A stretch of DNA of 63,553 bases, counting the filler, from Phoronis australis (taxonomy: Eukaryota > Animalia > Phoronida): the NCBI GenBank assembly GCA_002633005.1. It is 10 parts of 10 records of this genome, joined end to end, with 100 filler letters (N's around TTAATTAATTAA, not from the genome) between each part and the next. Parts side by side here need not be neighbours in the genome. Positions count along the whole stretch, not along the records: positions 62,168 to 63,553 come from NMRA01001849.1; 9 more parts are not named here. One strand, written 5' to 3'. The translations under genes were made by a program, and so were the position numbers. Each line of letters opens with the position of its first letter. Position 1 is the first letter of the stretch. Shown here in pieces: positions 62,949 through 63,553 of the stretch. The notes below the pieces were generated by a model, which made no database searches, was not told where the DNA came from, and saw only the letters and a list, made by a program, of their open reading frames with translations.

Positions 62949-63553
62949 GGGCTGTTCCAGTAAAATCCGTGTGGGAGGGGGGGGCGGCAGTAGAAATAAA
63001 AATTCATGGGTGGTGGTCTTCAGAAAAAAACTCAAATTATGGGGGGTCATTCCTGTAAGAAGTGATGCACAAAAAATTATGGGGGGTCATTCCTGTAATT
63101 TAGAAAAAAACTCAAATTGTGGGTGGTTGTTCCTGTAAGAAGTGATGCATTAAAAATGGGTGGTATTTTTTGACCTGTTAATGTTGATAGTTTGGTTACT
63201 CCAGCTGTCAAAACTAAAAACAAAATGCAATTGGCAAATATCCTAACTTATCCCAAAACAAAAAAGCCCATATTGCCAGTGAACAGAGTGCAATATGTTC
63301 ACTAAGCCATTAATCAAGTCATGGGCAACTTGATTTGAGCCAACTGTTTGTCTGCAGTCCTATTGAATTGAAAAGTTATGCAACACTAAACTGGTGTTAA
63401 CACATATGAGAAAATTTATGATTTAAAATAAAAAGTATGAGGAGTAAGATAAACAAGTTCCAATATTCACTTGACAAAGAAGTACAAAAGAGTTCGTGGA
63501 GACAGTTTGAGATTCATAGATCCTTATAATTGAAAAAATGTTCATTGAAATTA
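62949..63553 (+). mobile_element. Left part of a GGGCTGTTCCAG-family MITE with internal short tandem duplications
   Basis: TTA|GGGCTGTTCCAG; colinear with 6159-6600. Confidence 0.8.

Overview
Animal (invertebrate-like, AT-rich, intron-containing) genomic DNA. It is not one locus: nine identical 100-bp linkers (N44-TTAATTAATTAA-N44) join ten unrelated contigs. Recognisable content: a Kolobok DNA transposon (multi-exon THAP-DDE transposase convergent with a frameshifted KolX/P2X7-ballast-like gene); partial host genes RPN1 and TAF1; one Pol mu/TdT-type exon followed by an intronless EEP-nuclease + C2H2-repeat ORF; single FN3 and Ser-rich exons; a two-exon coiled-coil gene start; a fossil ISL2EU element; and many MITEs, SINE/LINE remnants and minisatellites. 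The most unusual signals are (i) a 405-bp Penelope-type insertion built from seven tandem hammerhead-ribozyme-like cores with a variant core, inverted ends and a 12-bp TSD, plus two other hammerhead-like motifs, and (ii) Helentron-type (HINE) elements whose ~150-bp internal repeats each carry a CTCF-consensus motif, forming a ~451-bp higher-order repeat. All calls were made by eye and no database searches were run.
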